Positions 42,201-50,477 of a DNA stretch of 64,000 nt are shown piece after piece (positions within the stretch are counted from its first letter, which is position 1; every line of letters starts with the position of its first letter). Position numbers and translations under genes: made by a program. The stretch comes from Giardia intestinalis (Eukaryota): assembly GCA_000002435.2 (NCBI GenBank), contig CM018790.1; one strand, given 5' to 3'. The notes beneath the pieces are model-generated. The model was given only the letters and a program-made list of their open reading frames with translations, ran no database searches and was not told the origin of the DNA.

Positions 42201-43418
42201 GTCAACAACACCGAGGCGTCCCAGGCTCTTGTTAAAATACTCACCTCTATGCCCGCGGCTGTGTCGTCCTATTCAGCAGCCCGCCTCCACAGCCTGCAGA
42301 GCAAGCTGTCTTCCCTTCACATGCTCAACACAAGCATTGTCAGAGAGGCCTCTCTCCTGCCCACCACAATTCGCAACATCATTACCCATATTTATTCCGA
42401 CGCACTAAACATGCTATTTTTCCGCATTACGGCTGAAAAGGAGATAGCTGCTGATATTAATGATGACGCTTGCTCGATAGCTCGCAAAACCGTGGCCAGT
42501 GAGCGTATCAAGGCACTTGTGAGGTTGAGTCAGTGTGTCTCATCGCAATCTAAGTTCTTCCTGGAGTGCGCTGAAAAGGAAAAAGAGATTGCTTTCTATG
42601 AAGAAGCCCTCGCTCTTGAGGCCCGCTTCATGCGCAAGTCCGCCGCATTCAATAATATAAGGCGAGGTTACCTTGAGAGGAAAATCAGCAGCTACAGCAC
42701 CATGTTTGAGCAGGAATATATAAGACTTGTGGGCCTCAACAACATGTTGGTCGATGCAAGCAAAGAGTCGGAAGCAAACCTACGTCTCGAGCTAGCCCAG
42801 TTGTCACAGCAACTTAGCAGACTGAATGAGGATAACGAGTGTCTGCGGATAGAGCTCCAGGATCGCATGTCAATTGTGTCCAAGACCAAGATGAAAAAGG
42901 ATGCTGATAATATCTTTGCCGGCATTAACACACTGACACCGATAGCTACGATAGCAAAGGCGATGGCCCTTCCGGATAACATAAAAGTGGATGTGGAGCG
43001 CCTGCAGATCAACACTCAGAAAGTGAGGCAAGAAGTTGAGATATTGAAGGCAGAGGTGCACAACTTAAAGAAGCAATACACTTTAGATGTGGCCCTCTCA
43101 GAAGAACGCGCAAAGCAGTTACGAAATAACCAGCAACTCCTGCAGGTACGGCGGCGAAAGCTTATTGACACTGCAAACACACTGCTCCGTGATAGTGAGC
43201 AGACCATAATAGATGCAGACACCGTGTGGGCAGAAGCAAGAGAAGCACAGAAGGCTGAGCGTTGGCACCTGGTAGACCGCTTACGCGGGCTACATATAGA
43301 AGCCCGTACCCTAGAACAAACATACAATAAAATGCAGCAAGAGATCCAAAGGGTCCGGCGAGAAGGTGAGAAGTTGATACTCGGAGGCTTAACTCCCCTT
43401 ACATTTAAGTCTAACTGA
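33285..43418 (+). CDS. giant hypothetical protein (3377 aa) with a C-terminal ~600-aa coiled-coil
   Basis: A single uninterrupted 10.1-kb ORF starting with ATG. It has no P-loop or other known motif. The C-terminus is heptad-rich (..LRLELAQLSQQLSRLNEDNECLRIELQ.., ..EVEILKAEVHNLKKQ..). Confidence 0.75.
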   Translation: MDLNDRILNEELEDAQIHALPLHALQQRTRDLVNKLRLLINSNSDINTDDLLTDAIRNSTAYSLDPVVEADSTDVRTKLYSYPLISSQAQARAFLGHFFHAYIGLVHQELRLIALRLVSAISHEGELTIFEQELSIRTGALHETLRDATTAYSKILPLVYSPALANTSHRFTDPLVLDPQIPLSSTQLGSQQDTDSSAPQHHDLGSSVPLSLSDYAIPLAALTRAPDLYDELEPRLGALDRSRTGEILRRGMASLERYLTTTHSQFHCDYPYLYTATAQLQTSLVALGDSYSVLLDPLREATEFVSRSTKLVTSSVDKLIRFFAVAQHKPCDINCGLESVSHSAVIKDIGTGSTSPIAIIDSLGYERVAKRNPRYHSPTNIQQSGTSSNLRLRYRNTYMVAGKLLDKLTAAEHEVADNTCVKLTTFLNAPFHDAMSVTDTEKQKQSQCNRISASPLLVVDYVYRFVAGLANSSVKPANCTSATGTSDDIFRILTTGTGHNENTGENANSSSMAPPTARTKLSSCLPGHGMPIFTHSLDIDAADARVKAGPAALPVNAHLFDSKSLVIDEALVHDLNLAKTAFNDVEDYYKMKLDNFDSLTGDVIATVNRYISARVKAHISYANTGLPTNLLHLHYYMIYGKIVHLRARLLYHYNHLEYVRCKMDSDLHLHTLNFPFEQSNKPFCLQDVGDALREIMSKEVPAGSGTGMYGVLGFKRDESLSERSSLKANDIIAPDKSRIIFTEAIRQLSHVVERDILYAGSTLVEYLSSDAAENKTDLSELGNGPLRVDRMVILLFLYEQELNLVERKRQVVDQALKCYFHSVSYVDCIKWLQYVSGIIDMRPSYDADLLVATNDINSFTGCQALVLRLQQVSRFIEEYITAVLEDDCREAAVTRVHTHIERKLVSASLPPAQQKLGPDTAPWKGSASQRNNSAGSRRSSSAFQHVSSKLGISQSGYRPTSALASQTSKYLGGDHKDASSISERSSIDGLSRKEGPKRALLLSGHAEASDDHLHKRVESGGTAFTVTKDSYVVTFPRYAGFGSPVHPAFAQTTICDIHYSIGKLVNLLSDLDKYAYVFTSKYLLAPRLPAYANDLCHCAVYEAAREELFFVSQSRRTRGALGTLPQYLHKQCRYGLYGLPYELVQSVKTISQANECLNILASKRNLALLTIQTTIAVQCLGSCYNELGRRLSKLSMGRGPWTNSCLEDMLPNFINFEEFLTGYTHELPRARASSALHVPDVCKETETEYDYSICLLDFSNRDFTSTFDSFQLPSDFDFELCLLDPLAGAAVRLLRDMTPTVFKLDPLFLDGNTSELLEAALPDVIISDDSSDEEFILTADSKATLKATSNSAGKHLFPTSAHTLCGPGSAIDLSYKSYHPYAHIPNFLSPSTVSDVAGTLSGFSYCSTLFSITTEHRKDAFVEASHSQLAQISRKYQHELSSIVDMLIARGPEKMGPKTISVQDSFETNPYIYLDNVVGFLQRLVFVQACGLEFYRTVLNELVETVMVPLRNLNTACELKARHTLMAQQVDISAVSAVVLLDNVPESTSFFITQQYADLQSNNVVSKGAIPLGQEPQMSALNKYTANDCFLSFLILAAEYKYIWSNTVYLKARSSYAELQDKLASGVVGSLLMFERARCIESVLLTHKDRLMVLKRAHVQTDYDRDSLTTSDTTRSARSSSHVSTGALEDASDLPFHLRLNLRNMELVTIVLMLCDYSRAHSLRSQLADILNRLREKHKEMHLCEVKNILTRQQSADQSDWNAYIDGVADYSFASTEQQALEFLSEFKIIDNLHNWKVNIAQSLGRYLPGTTTEIKKGGKARTKGRAPKRVACRRKNDLTDIYDILCISPYLLDPLVHENISSLLFGHTPDALTRAPVSQNVLPNLTIVPPASSVRFVMASKTTNLFQAVPLLAGLIHLYASYLHYCDFSLVLQRLSCRLAMSGHKHHDEQNFDAQVHDLLLNDSSSGFLRRANGYSDFILKMALSSQMDEESQTSSTHMHGCITRVQKDEGDSTDTTSDTSGSDMPPSSKEPDHPVPIDQSATGKTAELEEILPPGEFELVGYGEHIDNSSVQQETKNLIGQLRLVSNSKALDFKIRGHRCKNNMLVFFARLMSLVMMSIWRQCKQHQQTKYVSQNNVNMPIKKVHKTVDVVDFNKYASSLGLLDGITERLTKHQTKPEDEYVGSDPKMLEFMSSQKALELQAMPITPLETSTGDPDTEASSVVSDNSEDQDLFLPEVGEALLLTSYTLVEVLKVVYVMRDFAFERIMGYALICLKSAYSHGDLISTDSLLETFENVKRVTGFDLVVGNPTNKIIDIILGRLRPSGKADGLPGVLDDNVINERTMALLAHRGNEYSASGIEVTEESRQVKQREYSDSLLKNGQPSDVCGGEDDTLRATKRVSLDLLEQSLPEPYSEYLQHDNQSDLLQSVAGAGLKLNLKTLKTCGEHTDLFRPRILNTKSSFSSRLVLNRFAEITHLSIMSPPFLDGLFNGLCSGHKFGSSLSCFAGYAPITISLDQAEQSAHSPINLNCGITNLGHHLVHAGLSSFAPNQPLLKDTVSHRASLSARSASGRSSTTLNEVSFAEIFGAVGHQSILLDQCTLDDGDNRIDASALHVHIFLQQLRERTYVHTYGKRELQSQTRHIAYSFSDFFLLSERISPIVLYSGEKVLGIDTVDEYSEFCALSECGRSVVAKPYMDIFDPVSRSLTNEKAGLTEPPKTRCVVVGKLRLFQLYNMLNCSAIPSHFTARHNILENNYANSSSQRSNPLDLSKRHIDEREWLAYLPGYMDTVLSYHTNPTVEPWLNSARLSMNVFLLSGYVYNQLSESLVSNLEALIEKIKSYVPTNPSDNFITANRFFKNAAPIYPLVPGTYGLSPADVTLPYLPGDSMQSTRFLHRYFGRNFMTIEALSNGVASSGENQNLVVLTNYALAQMLDKFKSILFSEMTQRVRLKLQGSLLSSLGMRAALFSMTVNNTEASQALVKILTSMPAAVSSYSAARLHSLQSKLSSLHMLNTSIVREASLLPTTIRNIITHIYSDALNMLFFRITAEKEIAADINDDACSIARKTVASERIKALVRLSQCVSSQSKFFLECAEKEKEIAFYEEALALEARFMRKSAAFNNIRRGYLERKISSYSTMFEQEYIRLVGLNNMLVDASKESEANLRLELAQLSQQLSRLNEDNECLRIELQDRMSIVSKTKMKKDADNIFAGINTLTPIATIAKAMALPDNIKVDVERLQINTQKVRQEVEILKAEVHNLKKQYTLDVALSEERAKQLRNNQQLLQVRRRKLIDTANTLLRDSEQTIIDADTVWAEAREAQKAERWHLVDRLRGLHIEARTLEQTYNKMQQEIQRVRREGEKLILGGLTPLTFKSN

Positions 43419-43441
43419 TTTGAACGGATGAGTAGGGTGGG

Positions 43442-44623
43442 TCAAAGCGTCTCCGTCACGATTGGAGCCTCCTTGCCACTACAACGAAGACCTCTAGATA
43501 GTGATCTGAAGGAATCCATGTAATTCTCATCAACTGCATTTAAGGTGAGTAGCTTTTCTGCTAGCTCCATGACAGCTGCCTGGTCAGTTGGCTCCATGGA
43601 CCCTATCTTACTATTCATCCATTCTAAAAGAACTACTGATTGCCCTAGCAGTTTTGCAACCCGAAGGTCTGACTCTGCACAAACGCCATAGAATAGGCAC
43701 AGGATCTCGACCCGGTGTTCTTCATACTCTGTTGTGCCCAGATTCTTGCACAGTAAGGTCACCCCAGAGGTGATATTGGATCCTGCACCAAGGAGAGTAT
43801 GACACAGAAGGACAAACCCACTTCTCTTGGGAGATGTAGTTGCTCCTACGCACGTATACCCTTCCTCTTTGACAATCTTAAGGACCGACGCTAAGATAGC
43901 GACTGCCACACTCTGCTCTGCTGTGGTAAGGAGCTTCACCAGCCAGCAGAGAAGGCTGTATGCCATGTGCTCCCTATTAGATGTCTCACCTGCCGAAAAG
44001 ACGGTGAACAGCGCTGCAGCAAGGGGAAGCATTGATGCACACTTGAATCCTATTATTCGATAGACGCGAGATGCAAGGAGCTCTGCAAGGACGCGACTAG
44101 ACTGGTACACGAGTTGAACGAGATTGTCATCGGATCCTAAAAGTGCAAGGTCGTAGAATGCTGTGAGAGTCATCATAGCATTGTAGGCAAGTTCAGAATT
44201 AAGTGGGAGCAAATCCAATAAGTCAGAACAAGAAGGATTCCCAACTAGCTGCTCAAAGTACCGGGTGGCTAGTAACAGAGCCTGTTGTCGAACAGATACA
44301 GTACTCTCCCTTAAAGTATCTACCATGAACGACAGGTATATTGTGCGGTCTGTGTAGTTGCTAGCCCTTTCATCAAGCTTCTGCAGGATGGTTAGGTATT
44401 CCTCGTCACTGATGAGCATCTCCTTTACCTCGAGAGGAAGACTGCAATAGAGGCCAAGGAGCTCCGTGACGGCTAGCATGTCGTCCTCAGCGATGCTCCG
44501 TAATAGGAGGGCCTTCGCCTGCTCGAGCTTTCCCTCGTCCCTGAGCTTCTCTAGCTCCTCACTGAGCTTGTTGTCGTCGACACTTTTAAAGATAAAAGCT
44601 ATTTGTTGGAAAGCAGTGACCAT
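43442..44623 (-). CDS. hypothetical alpha-helical (ARM/HEAT-like) protein, 393 aa
   Basis: An ATG-initiated ORF with helical-repeat character and no diagnostic motif. Confidence 0.55.
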   Translation of the reverse strand: MVTAFQQIAFIFKSVDDNKLSEELEKLRDEGKLEQAKALLLRSIAEDDMLAVTELLGLYCSLPLEVKEMLISDEEYLTILQKLDERASNYTDRTIYLSFMVDTLRESTVSVRQQALLLATRYFEQLVGNPSCSDLLDLLPLNSELAYNAMMTLTAFYDLALLGSDDNLVQLVYQSSRVLAELLASRVYRIIGFKCASMLPLAAALFTVFSAGETSNREHMAYSLLCWLVKLLTTAEQSVAVAILASVLKIVKEEGYTCVGATTSPKRSGFVLLCHTLLGAGSNITSGVTLLCKNLGTTEYEEHRVEILCLFYGVCAESDLRVAKLLGQSVVLLEWMNSKIGSMEPTDQAAVMELAEKLLTLNAVDENYMDSFRSLSRGLRCSGKEAPIVTETL

Positions 44624-44802
44624 GAGGAGCTTGCTTTAATTTAATTTAGACATTGAGACATTAATCGTGATTGATTGTTATTACCATCTACTGTTGGCCA
44701 GCAAGGCCCTACAAGCAGTACCTAGGGTCTATAAGGGTCTATGACAAAGCGAACCGGTACAAGACAAAAACCTATGACCGAATGAGCGAAAAATAAATTC
44801 CC

Positions 44803-45771
44803 ATGCCTCCTGCACCCGTTAAGATGAAGAAGACCTCAGCTGCAAAGGAACGGCCTCCTCCCCCGCCGTACTCCACATTTCAGATAGGCTCAGATGAAAA
44901 GACTGAACCAGTACCGTTCACCATTTTAGCAATTAATGTTAATGGCATAAGGTCGGCCTTCTCCAAGGGCCTCAAGGACTTTATACACAAAAAGAACCCC
45001 GATATAGTGTGCTTTTCAGAGACAAAGCTGGGTTCGTCCGCCTTTGCCGCATTCATGGAGAAGGAGGCCACCAGGGATCCAGACACGGGGGTGTACACCG
45101 TGATGAAGGGGTATAAGCACGTTTTCTGCTGCTCTACCGCCAAGCAAGGGTATGCATCCACTGCTATGTTCGCCAAAGAGTCTGTTCCTGTCTTAGACCT
45201 GTGTATGCAGATGGGAGACCCGGAGTTCGATTCTGAGGGTCGCTTTTTGCACGTTAGCCTTCCATCATTCGAGCTCATCCATGTGTACGCCCCTAACTCC
45301 GGTCGCGGCTCAAGTGGGAAAGCGTTTACTTCCAAGAACAGGCCCGCCAATCTTTCCACACGTATAAAGTATGAGAAGCTGATATCCAAGTACATAGGAA
45401 ACCTAGTTGCTGCAGGAAAGGATGTTGTCTACTGCGGAGACCTAAACGTTGCACACAATGAAATAGATCTCTATAACCCGAAGAGCAACCACTTCAGTCC
45501 CGGGTTTACCGATGAAGAGCGTAACGCGTTCAGCAAGCTATTGGATGGACACGGTCTGATAGATGCATTTAGAGCTATGCATCCTCACCGGATTAACTAT
45601 AGCTGGTTTAGCAACTTTGGACGTGCACGAGAACAGAAGCATGGGTGGCGGATAGATTACTTTGTGGTTACAAGTAAGATATTTAAACGTGTAACGACGG
45701 TGGACATCTTAGACGATTATAATAGCTATAGTGACCATGTTCCCATTATAATGACGCTCACGGGGATCTAG
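44803..45771 (+). CDS. AP endonuclease, exonuclease III / APE1 family
   Basis: ILAINVNGIRS, DIVCFSETK, VYAPNSGRG, YCGDLNVAHNEIDLYNPKSN, GWRIDYF and SDHVPIIMTL align with APE1 catalytic motifs (LNVAHEEIDLRNPKGN, GWRLDYF, SDHCPITL). Confidence 0.85.
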   Translation: MPPAPVKMKKTSAAKERPPPPPYSTFQIGSDEKTEPVPFTILAINVNGIRSAFSKGLKDFIHKKNPDIVCFSETKLGSSAFAAFMEKEATRDPDTGVYTVMKGYKHVFCCSTAKQGYASTAMFAKESVPVLDLCMQMGDPEFDSEGRFLHVSLPSFELIHVYAPNSGRGSSGKAFTSKNRPANLSTRIKYEKLISKYIGNLVAAGKDVVYCGDLNVAHNEIDLYNPKSNHFSPGFTDEERNAFSKLLDGHGLIDAFRAMHPHRINYSWFSNFGRAREQKHGWRIDYFVVTSKIFKRVTTVDILDDYNSYSDHVPIIMTLTGI

Positions 45772-48700
45772 TGGATCATCTCCAGCAGGTGGCCCCACGC
45801 TGCCGCTGAGAGTGCCCCTACTGTCCCGGAGGAGGACACTATTGGGAAAGGTACAGAGTAGATGGCGCGCCGCATGTGGTCCTCCATGACATAGATGCCC
45901 TTTTCAGGATCTAGACCAGGGTAGTACCTGCCCACCAATGCGTGACCCGCAGTCAAGTGCAAGCTGATCGGCTTCTTGTCGTCAACAAATTCGTACTTCT
46001 CCTCTATCTGGTTGTATCGTCTCACACGAAGAGGAATGACCATGGGGCTCCATTCGTGGCCAGGGACCTCCAGCGTCAACTTTCTGGCTATGCCGATGGG
46101 CGAATTAATCATGTGTTTGTCTGTCAATAGCAAGACACTCTTCTCCATGTCCTCACTTATTATGCGGTGCTTGTGGACCAGTTCTAGGATATGGCTTTTC
46201 TCAAAGAGTGCATAGTTCTCCTCCACTTTGCTTACAATTGTATCTTTTGCGACAGAGTACCTAAGCTGGGAAATTAAGTCATAAGAGAACCTTTCCAAAT
46301 TGAAGAGAAAGGATCCGGTATTATCTGGCTTGGATGCATCGTAGTAGAGGCCAACATTTGTCAAGTATGGGAGTGAATCACAGACTGTATGCACGCTTCT
46401 CTGGCCACTGTCAAATGCGAGGGAGTAGGTGTGGCAGAGTGCATCGAGTAGTTGACTAAGAGTGAGGCGAGTAAGGTACAGCTGCGCCTCGGTCGAGAAA
46501 AGGGACGGGAACGTCGCTAGGAAGGAACTAACGGTATTATCTGGATAGACCACTGAGCGTGTTTGGTAAACGCGACTCTTCACTGCAGCTGTGGAGCACG
46601 ATTTGGTGCAGGTCATTGAGTCATGGTGCACATCGTTTGCTTCATAGGAGGGTGTTCCTCCAGCGAGGATTTTGGCTGAAAAACATGCTACCAAATCAAT
46701 AGTTGTGCTAGGATGAAGCTTCTGATCCGTCATGCGGTTATTGAGTCTGGAAATCAGATCTGTCGCCAGTCCAGCGATGAGATCCATACATTCTGCTTCC
46801 TTCTCTCCTTCGTCCGTTGCAACGAGAAGGCTCCGCTTGTGGTCGGAAATAATGGGAAGATAATAGCAGGCACAGTCTCGCAGCTTGTGCGCTAAGTAAC
46901 AAAAGAGAGGCGTGTGAGCAGTCTTTGCTAAAAAAGATACGTACTCCACCGGGCCTAGCCAAGGGAGAACCTTGCACGATAGCAAGTCGCGATAAAGCAG
47001 CTTATCCAGCACTAACGGGAACTTAGCCATGACATCTCTCTGAACAAATTTCTGTAAGGGTTGTAGCTGCGATAGATAATTTTTATACGAGTGGATTGTA
47101 ACGAGTTTTGTCTGAAGTAGATGCTTATAGGGCTTAGAGAGGGCAGAAGAACCTATAGTCCCAGTGAAGTCTCTCACTGGTATGGCACCAATGTAGTCTT
47201 CTTCTGCGATATCCCACAATGAAAAGAAAACAGCGACAGAAACATCAACTGCTTGGGGGTCGTCATAATCGTATGGCTTCTGCAAAAGCTCCGAGTACTC
47301 GGGGGACTTGTATGCATAGTTCATAAACTCATGGAAGCGTAAGATAGTTTGAGAGGTATAGTTCGGTGTAGTCTTGTTTGGCAGGATGTACGTGTCCATC
47401 CAGGAGTTGGACAGAAAGTTGCCTGTGTCCTCAGAAGTTAAGGTGCTGCGGCCGTAGCTAGTTGTTGAAGACAGGAGTATATAACGAACGGTGGACACGT
47501 GTATCTGTGCCTTTTCCAGCATGCGGTGGACCTCTGTATTGATGCCCTCCAACAACCGTGCGGAAGGTGGAAGAGTATAGAACTCGTAATAACTAGAAAC
47601 TGAAACCGATGAACCTTTTTGTTGCAAATTGGTCAGAACGCTTCTTCCTGGAACAATGTTATCACAGTGTGTTGTTGGGAGGATACTGGTGAAAACGACG
47701 CACATACTATCAGGCTCAGCATGGGGGTAGCTCCCTCGCACTATGACAGGGAGATACTTGAAGAGACGAAAGCAGCCATATCCCAGCTCTGGAAATATCG
47801 AGTTAACAGAAAAGAGATAGCGAAGAGGAAGCGATGGGCAAAGCATTCCTATATAGACTTCGCTTGCATCCAAACTCATGCCCTTAAATGGGGTCCTTTC
47901 TGCACGCAAGCTTTCGGTAACTTCCTCAATCTCTAAATTAGCGCAACAAAAGTACGTACTGGGAAGAAAAGTACAGATGTCCAGGACACCATACTCATAC
48001 TCTTCAACACTTATTCCAGATATGTGTGGTGCCACAGCTCGAAAGAAAGTCAGAAGGTCAGGGCTAATTTCTTCATAGAGTAGGGTAGGGCATCGTTGCT
48101 GCCTCGGGGATGGGCCCAGTGGCGGGATTGAGTCAGTTGTAAATATGACTGGATCATTGTGAGTGCCTTCGTTGCTTTCTTTGTTGTCTCTCAACCGTTC
48201 GCTGGGAGGAACCTTGGGAGAACAACTTGCCTCCATCTGAGAGAGCATGTCACTAAATCGCAGCCTTCCAGATGCACCAGTGATAGGCAAAGAAGAGGGT
48301 GTACCTACATGCGATGCTTCAGGTTGTGCAGTTGAGTCGATAATAGGTTGGCTTTGCGATTGTTCTAAAGTTGTCTTGAGAGTCGCTGATGCTAATAGGC
48401 TCGTGTTTAAGATTGCTGCGATGCTAGCATGTTTAAATTCATAGCTAGAGAAGCCTAGCAGTGAACACCATTGGAGCAGTCCTCCCCGAGAAATAAAGAG
48501 ACAAGACCGCAAGGAGCTTCGCAAGTGCAGTGTTACAGGAACTAGAAGGGGGCATGAAAGAAGATTCCCAATTGTGTGCTGGACAAGGATACCGGGGGCT
48601 GTCAAGAGGGATGGATCTAACGGAACAGAATCTATCTCCTTCAGCCTATCGTATGCCTGAAAAAACGTAGAGGTAAAGGGTTTGCTTGCTACTACTTTAT

Positions 48701-49694
48701 AGTCGACAAAGCCAGTAGGGCAACCGTAGTTGGTATCGGTAGTACTAACACCAACCGTGGGAAAGCGAAATGCAATATTTTCCGTAACAATAGAGCGGTA
48801 TGGAGCGACTGATTCTTGTGCCTCAGCAGGCAGTTCCACATCCCAGTCCCCTACAAAGAGACCAGGCCTGTGACAACTTAAAAGTTCCTTAAGCACATGA
48901 CTTGCCTCTATTGTAGAATGTGGCACACTTCCTACAGTATGGCCAGACAGCCCAGCTTCATACATGGATGTGACTCCACTTTGCTGCTCTGAGTCGTATG
49001 CACTGCCCCAAAGCCTGTTATTGACAAGAGGTAAAAGAGTTGATAGCGTAATGGGTGGGACAGACGCTGATGGAACATTATCTATACTCATAGCTAGAGC
49101 GGCTTCGTGTGGAGCAGGTCCAAAGGTATCCACCAGCTTTTGCAACAGATAGGCTGCTCTGCGAGCTGAGAGAGTCTTGGGGAGGGTAGACACAAAGCCT
49201 TGCAAGCTCTCTGCATTAGAGAGAATCTCGTTGACGTTAGTGGCCAGTACATTAGATGATAACTCTTCGGGAAACGAAGTGCTATCTGAGGTCATATTGC
49301 TGGACAGGTCGCCGCGACGCCGGACTTCTCCCAACTGCTCACTAAGGTTGAGCAGGCGACGATAGGTCTTGTCTATTGATGAGCTAGAGCTGTCATGCGT
49401 TGATCGGCGATCGTTGGCTTGAACTTCAGTATTATCTCCATCTCTACAAAGGTCCACAGATGAAGAGATAGTGCTCAGCGCGGCAGACCGGAGCGCAGCT
49501 AGATGGGCATCTTTATCCTGATACCCGAAAGACCGGGCCACGTAGTCTTGCATTATTCTGGACTTAAAGAACGACGCTGCAAACTGCAATATGTTCGGTG
49601 GCTGCATATAGATTACTTCGGAAATAAACCACGTGGTGATAGCCTTGAGCTCTGGGTGCTCACGTAGGTACCTCCGGTTCCCAGAGGAGCTCAT
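45768..49694 (-). CDS. RIIa (PKA regulatory-subunit dimerisation/docking) domain-containing protein, 1308 aa; probable flagellar/axonemal protein
   Basis: N-terminus YLREHPELKAITTWFISEVIYMQPPNILQFAASFF matches the RIIa/DPY-30 fold consensus (L.EY....L.......P.D...FA..YF). The rest has no known domain. Its stop codon overlaps the AP endonuclease stop. Confidence 0.65.
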   Translation of the reverse strand: MSSSGNRRYLREHPELKAITTWFISEVIYMQPPNILQFAASFFKSRIMQDYVARSFGYQDKDAHLAALRSAALSTISSSVDLCRDGDNTEVQANDRRSTHDSSSSSIDKTYRRLLNLSEQLGEVRRRGDLSSNMTSDSTSFPEELSSNVLATNVNEILSNAESLQGFVSTLPKTLSARRAAYLLQKLVDTFGPAPHEAALAMSIDNVPSASVPPITLSTLLPLVNNRLWGSAYDSEQQSGVTSMYEAGLSGHTVGSVPHSTIEASHVLKELLSCHRPGLFVGDWDVELPAEAQESVAPYRSIVTENIAFRFPTVGVSTTDTNYGCPTGFVDYKVVASKPFTSTFFQAYDRLKEIDSVPLDPSLLTAPGILVQHTIGNLLSCPLLVPVTLHLRSSLRSCLFISRGGLLQWCSLLGFSSYEFKHASIAAILNTSLLASATLKTTLEQSQSQPIIDSTAQPEASHVGTPSSLPITGASGRLRFSDMLSQMEASCSPKVPPSERLRDNKESNEGTHNDPVIFTTDSIPPLGPSPRQQRCPTLLYEEISPDLLTFFRAVAPHISGISVEEYEYGVLDICTFLPSTYFCCANLEIEEVTESLRAERTPFKGMSLDASEVYIGMLCPSLPLRYLFSVNSIFPELGYGCFRLFKYLPVIVRGSYPHAEPDSMCVVFTSILPTTHCDNIVPGRSVLTNLQQKGSSVSVSSYYEFYTLPPSARLLEGINTEVHRMLEKAQIHVSTVRYILLSSTTSYGRSTLTSEDTGNFLSNSWMDTYILPNKTTPNYTSQTILRFHEFMNYAYKSPEYSELLQKPYDYDDPQAVDVSVAVFFSLWDIAEEDYIGAIPVRDFTGTIGSSALSKPYKHLLQTKLVTIHSYKNYLSQLQPLQKFVQRDVMAKFPLVLDKLLYRDLLSCKVLPWLGPVEYVSFLAKTAHTPLFCYLAHKLRDCACYYLPIISDHKRSLLVATDEGEKEAECMDLIAGLATDLISRLNNRMTDQKLHPSTTIDLVACFSAKILAGGTPSYEANDVHHDSMTCTKSCSTAAVKSRVYQTRSVVYPDNTVSSFLATFPSLFSTEAQLYLTRLTLSQLLDALCHTYSLAFDSGQRSVHTVCDSLPYLTNVGLYYDASKPDNTGSFLFNLERFSYDLISQLRYSVAKDTIVSKVEENYALFEKSHILELVHKHRIISEDMEKSVLLLTDKHMINSPIGIARKLTLEVPGHEWSPMVIPLRVRRYNQIEEKYEFVDDKKPISLHLTAGHALVGRYYPGLDPEKGIYVMEDHMRRAIYSVPFPIVSSSGTVGALSAAAWGHLLEMIH

Positions 49695-49756
49695 TGAAGG
49701 GCGGGGTAGGGTAAAGGAGCCTTTAAAAATTCACAATCAAGAACGCAGAGAGCAGC

Positions 49757-50386
49757 TTAACAGCATGGCTCCTTCGAAAGGCGTAGTATAGCGTCGACAG
49801 CTTGAACCCCATTGATGTATATTTTAAGGATCGTAAGAGGAGATGAAAAGCAGGCTATTAGGAGGGCTAAGCGGGTAATGGGAAGCCAATCCACCATTCG
49901 ATAGACATACAGGGAAATGAGCATGGCTTCATAAGCAACACAAAGAGAGCAAAGAAACGGTCTAGATTTATAGTACAAACCTAAGAGCAGGGATGTATCT
50001 TCGTCCACATTTTTGTGGGAGTTCTGCTTCCGCGAGTAGTAGGCGTGTCTCATCCAATGGCTGCTTATATCTAAGAACGTCAGAAACATAAATCCGATCG
50101 CATACTTTGGATAAATTATTCCTAAAATCATGCATAATAACGCATCGAAGCATCGGTCGATGACCATGTCTAAGGTTGCTCCGAGGACCGACTCTTGACT
50201 CAAGCTTCGTGCCAACCAGCCGTCGAAGCAATCTGCCATACAAACATACACAAAGCAGAAAACTGCCATAAGTGGACGAGACTGAAAGACGGCGACTGCC
50301 ACAATCAGCACAACAATTCTACTGTAATCTACGATATTAGGAAGGTAGAACAGCGTGCCACATCGGCTAGACTTGCAGCTAGACAT
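49757..50386 (-). CDS. CDP-alcohol phosphatidyltransferase (phosphatidylinositol synthase-like)
   Basis: The complete motif D-x2-DG-x2-AR-x8-G-x3-D-x3-D is present as DCFDGWLARSLSQESVLGATLDMVIDRCFD. Flanking TM helices are predicted. Confidence 0.75.
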   Translation of the reverse strand: MSSCKSSRCGTLFYLPNIVDYSRIVVLIVAVAVFQSRPLMAVFCFVYVCMADCFDGWLARSLSQESVLGATLDMVIDRCFDALLCMILGIIYPKYAIGFMFLTFLDISSHWMRHAYYSRKQNSHKNVDEDTSLLLGLYYKSRPFLCSLCVAYEAMLISLYVYRMVDWLPITRLALLIACFSSPLTILKIYINGVQAVDAILRLSKEPCC

Positions 50387-50477
50387 CCCCGCGGTCCACG
50401 CTGTTTTTTAGTTTCAACATCCCCTCCCCCAGCTATCCTTTCGGCTGAACTGGAGCCACAGGCCCGCTGCCATTTAC

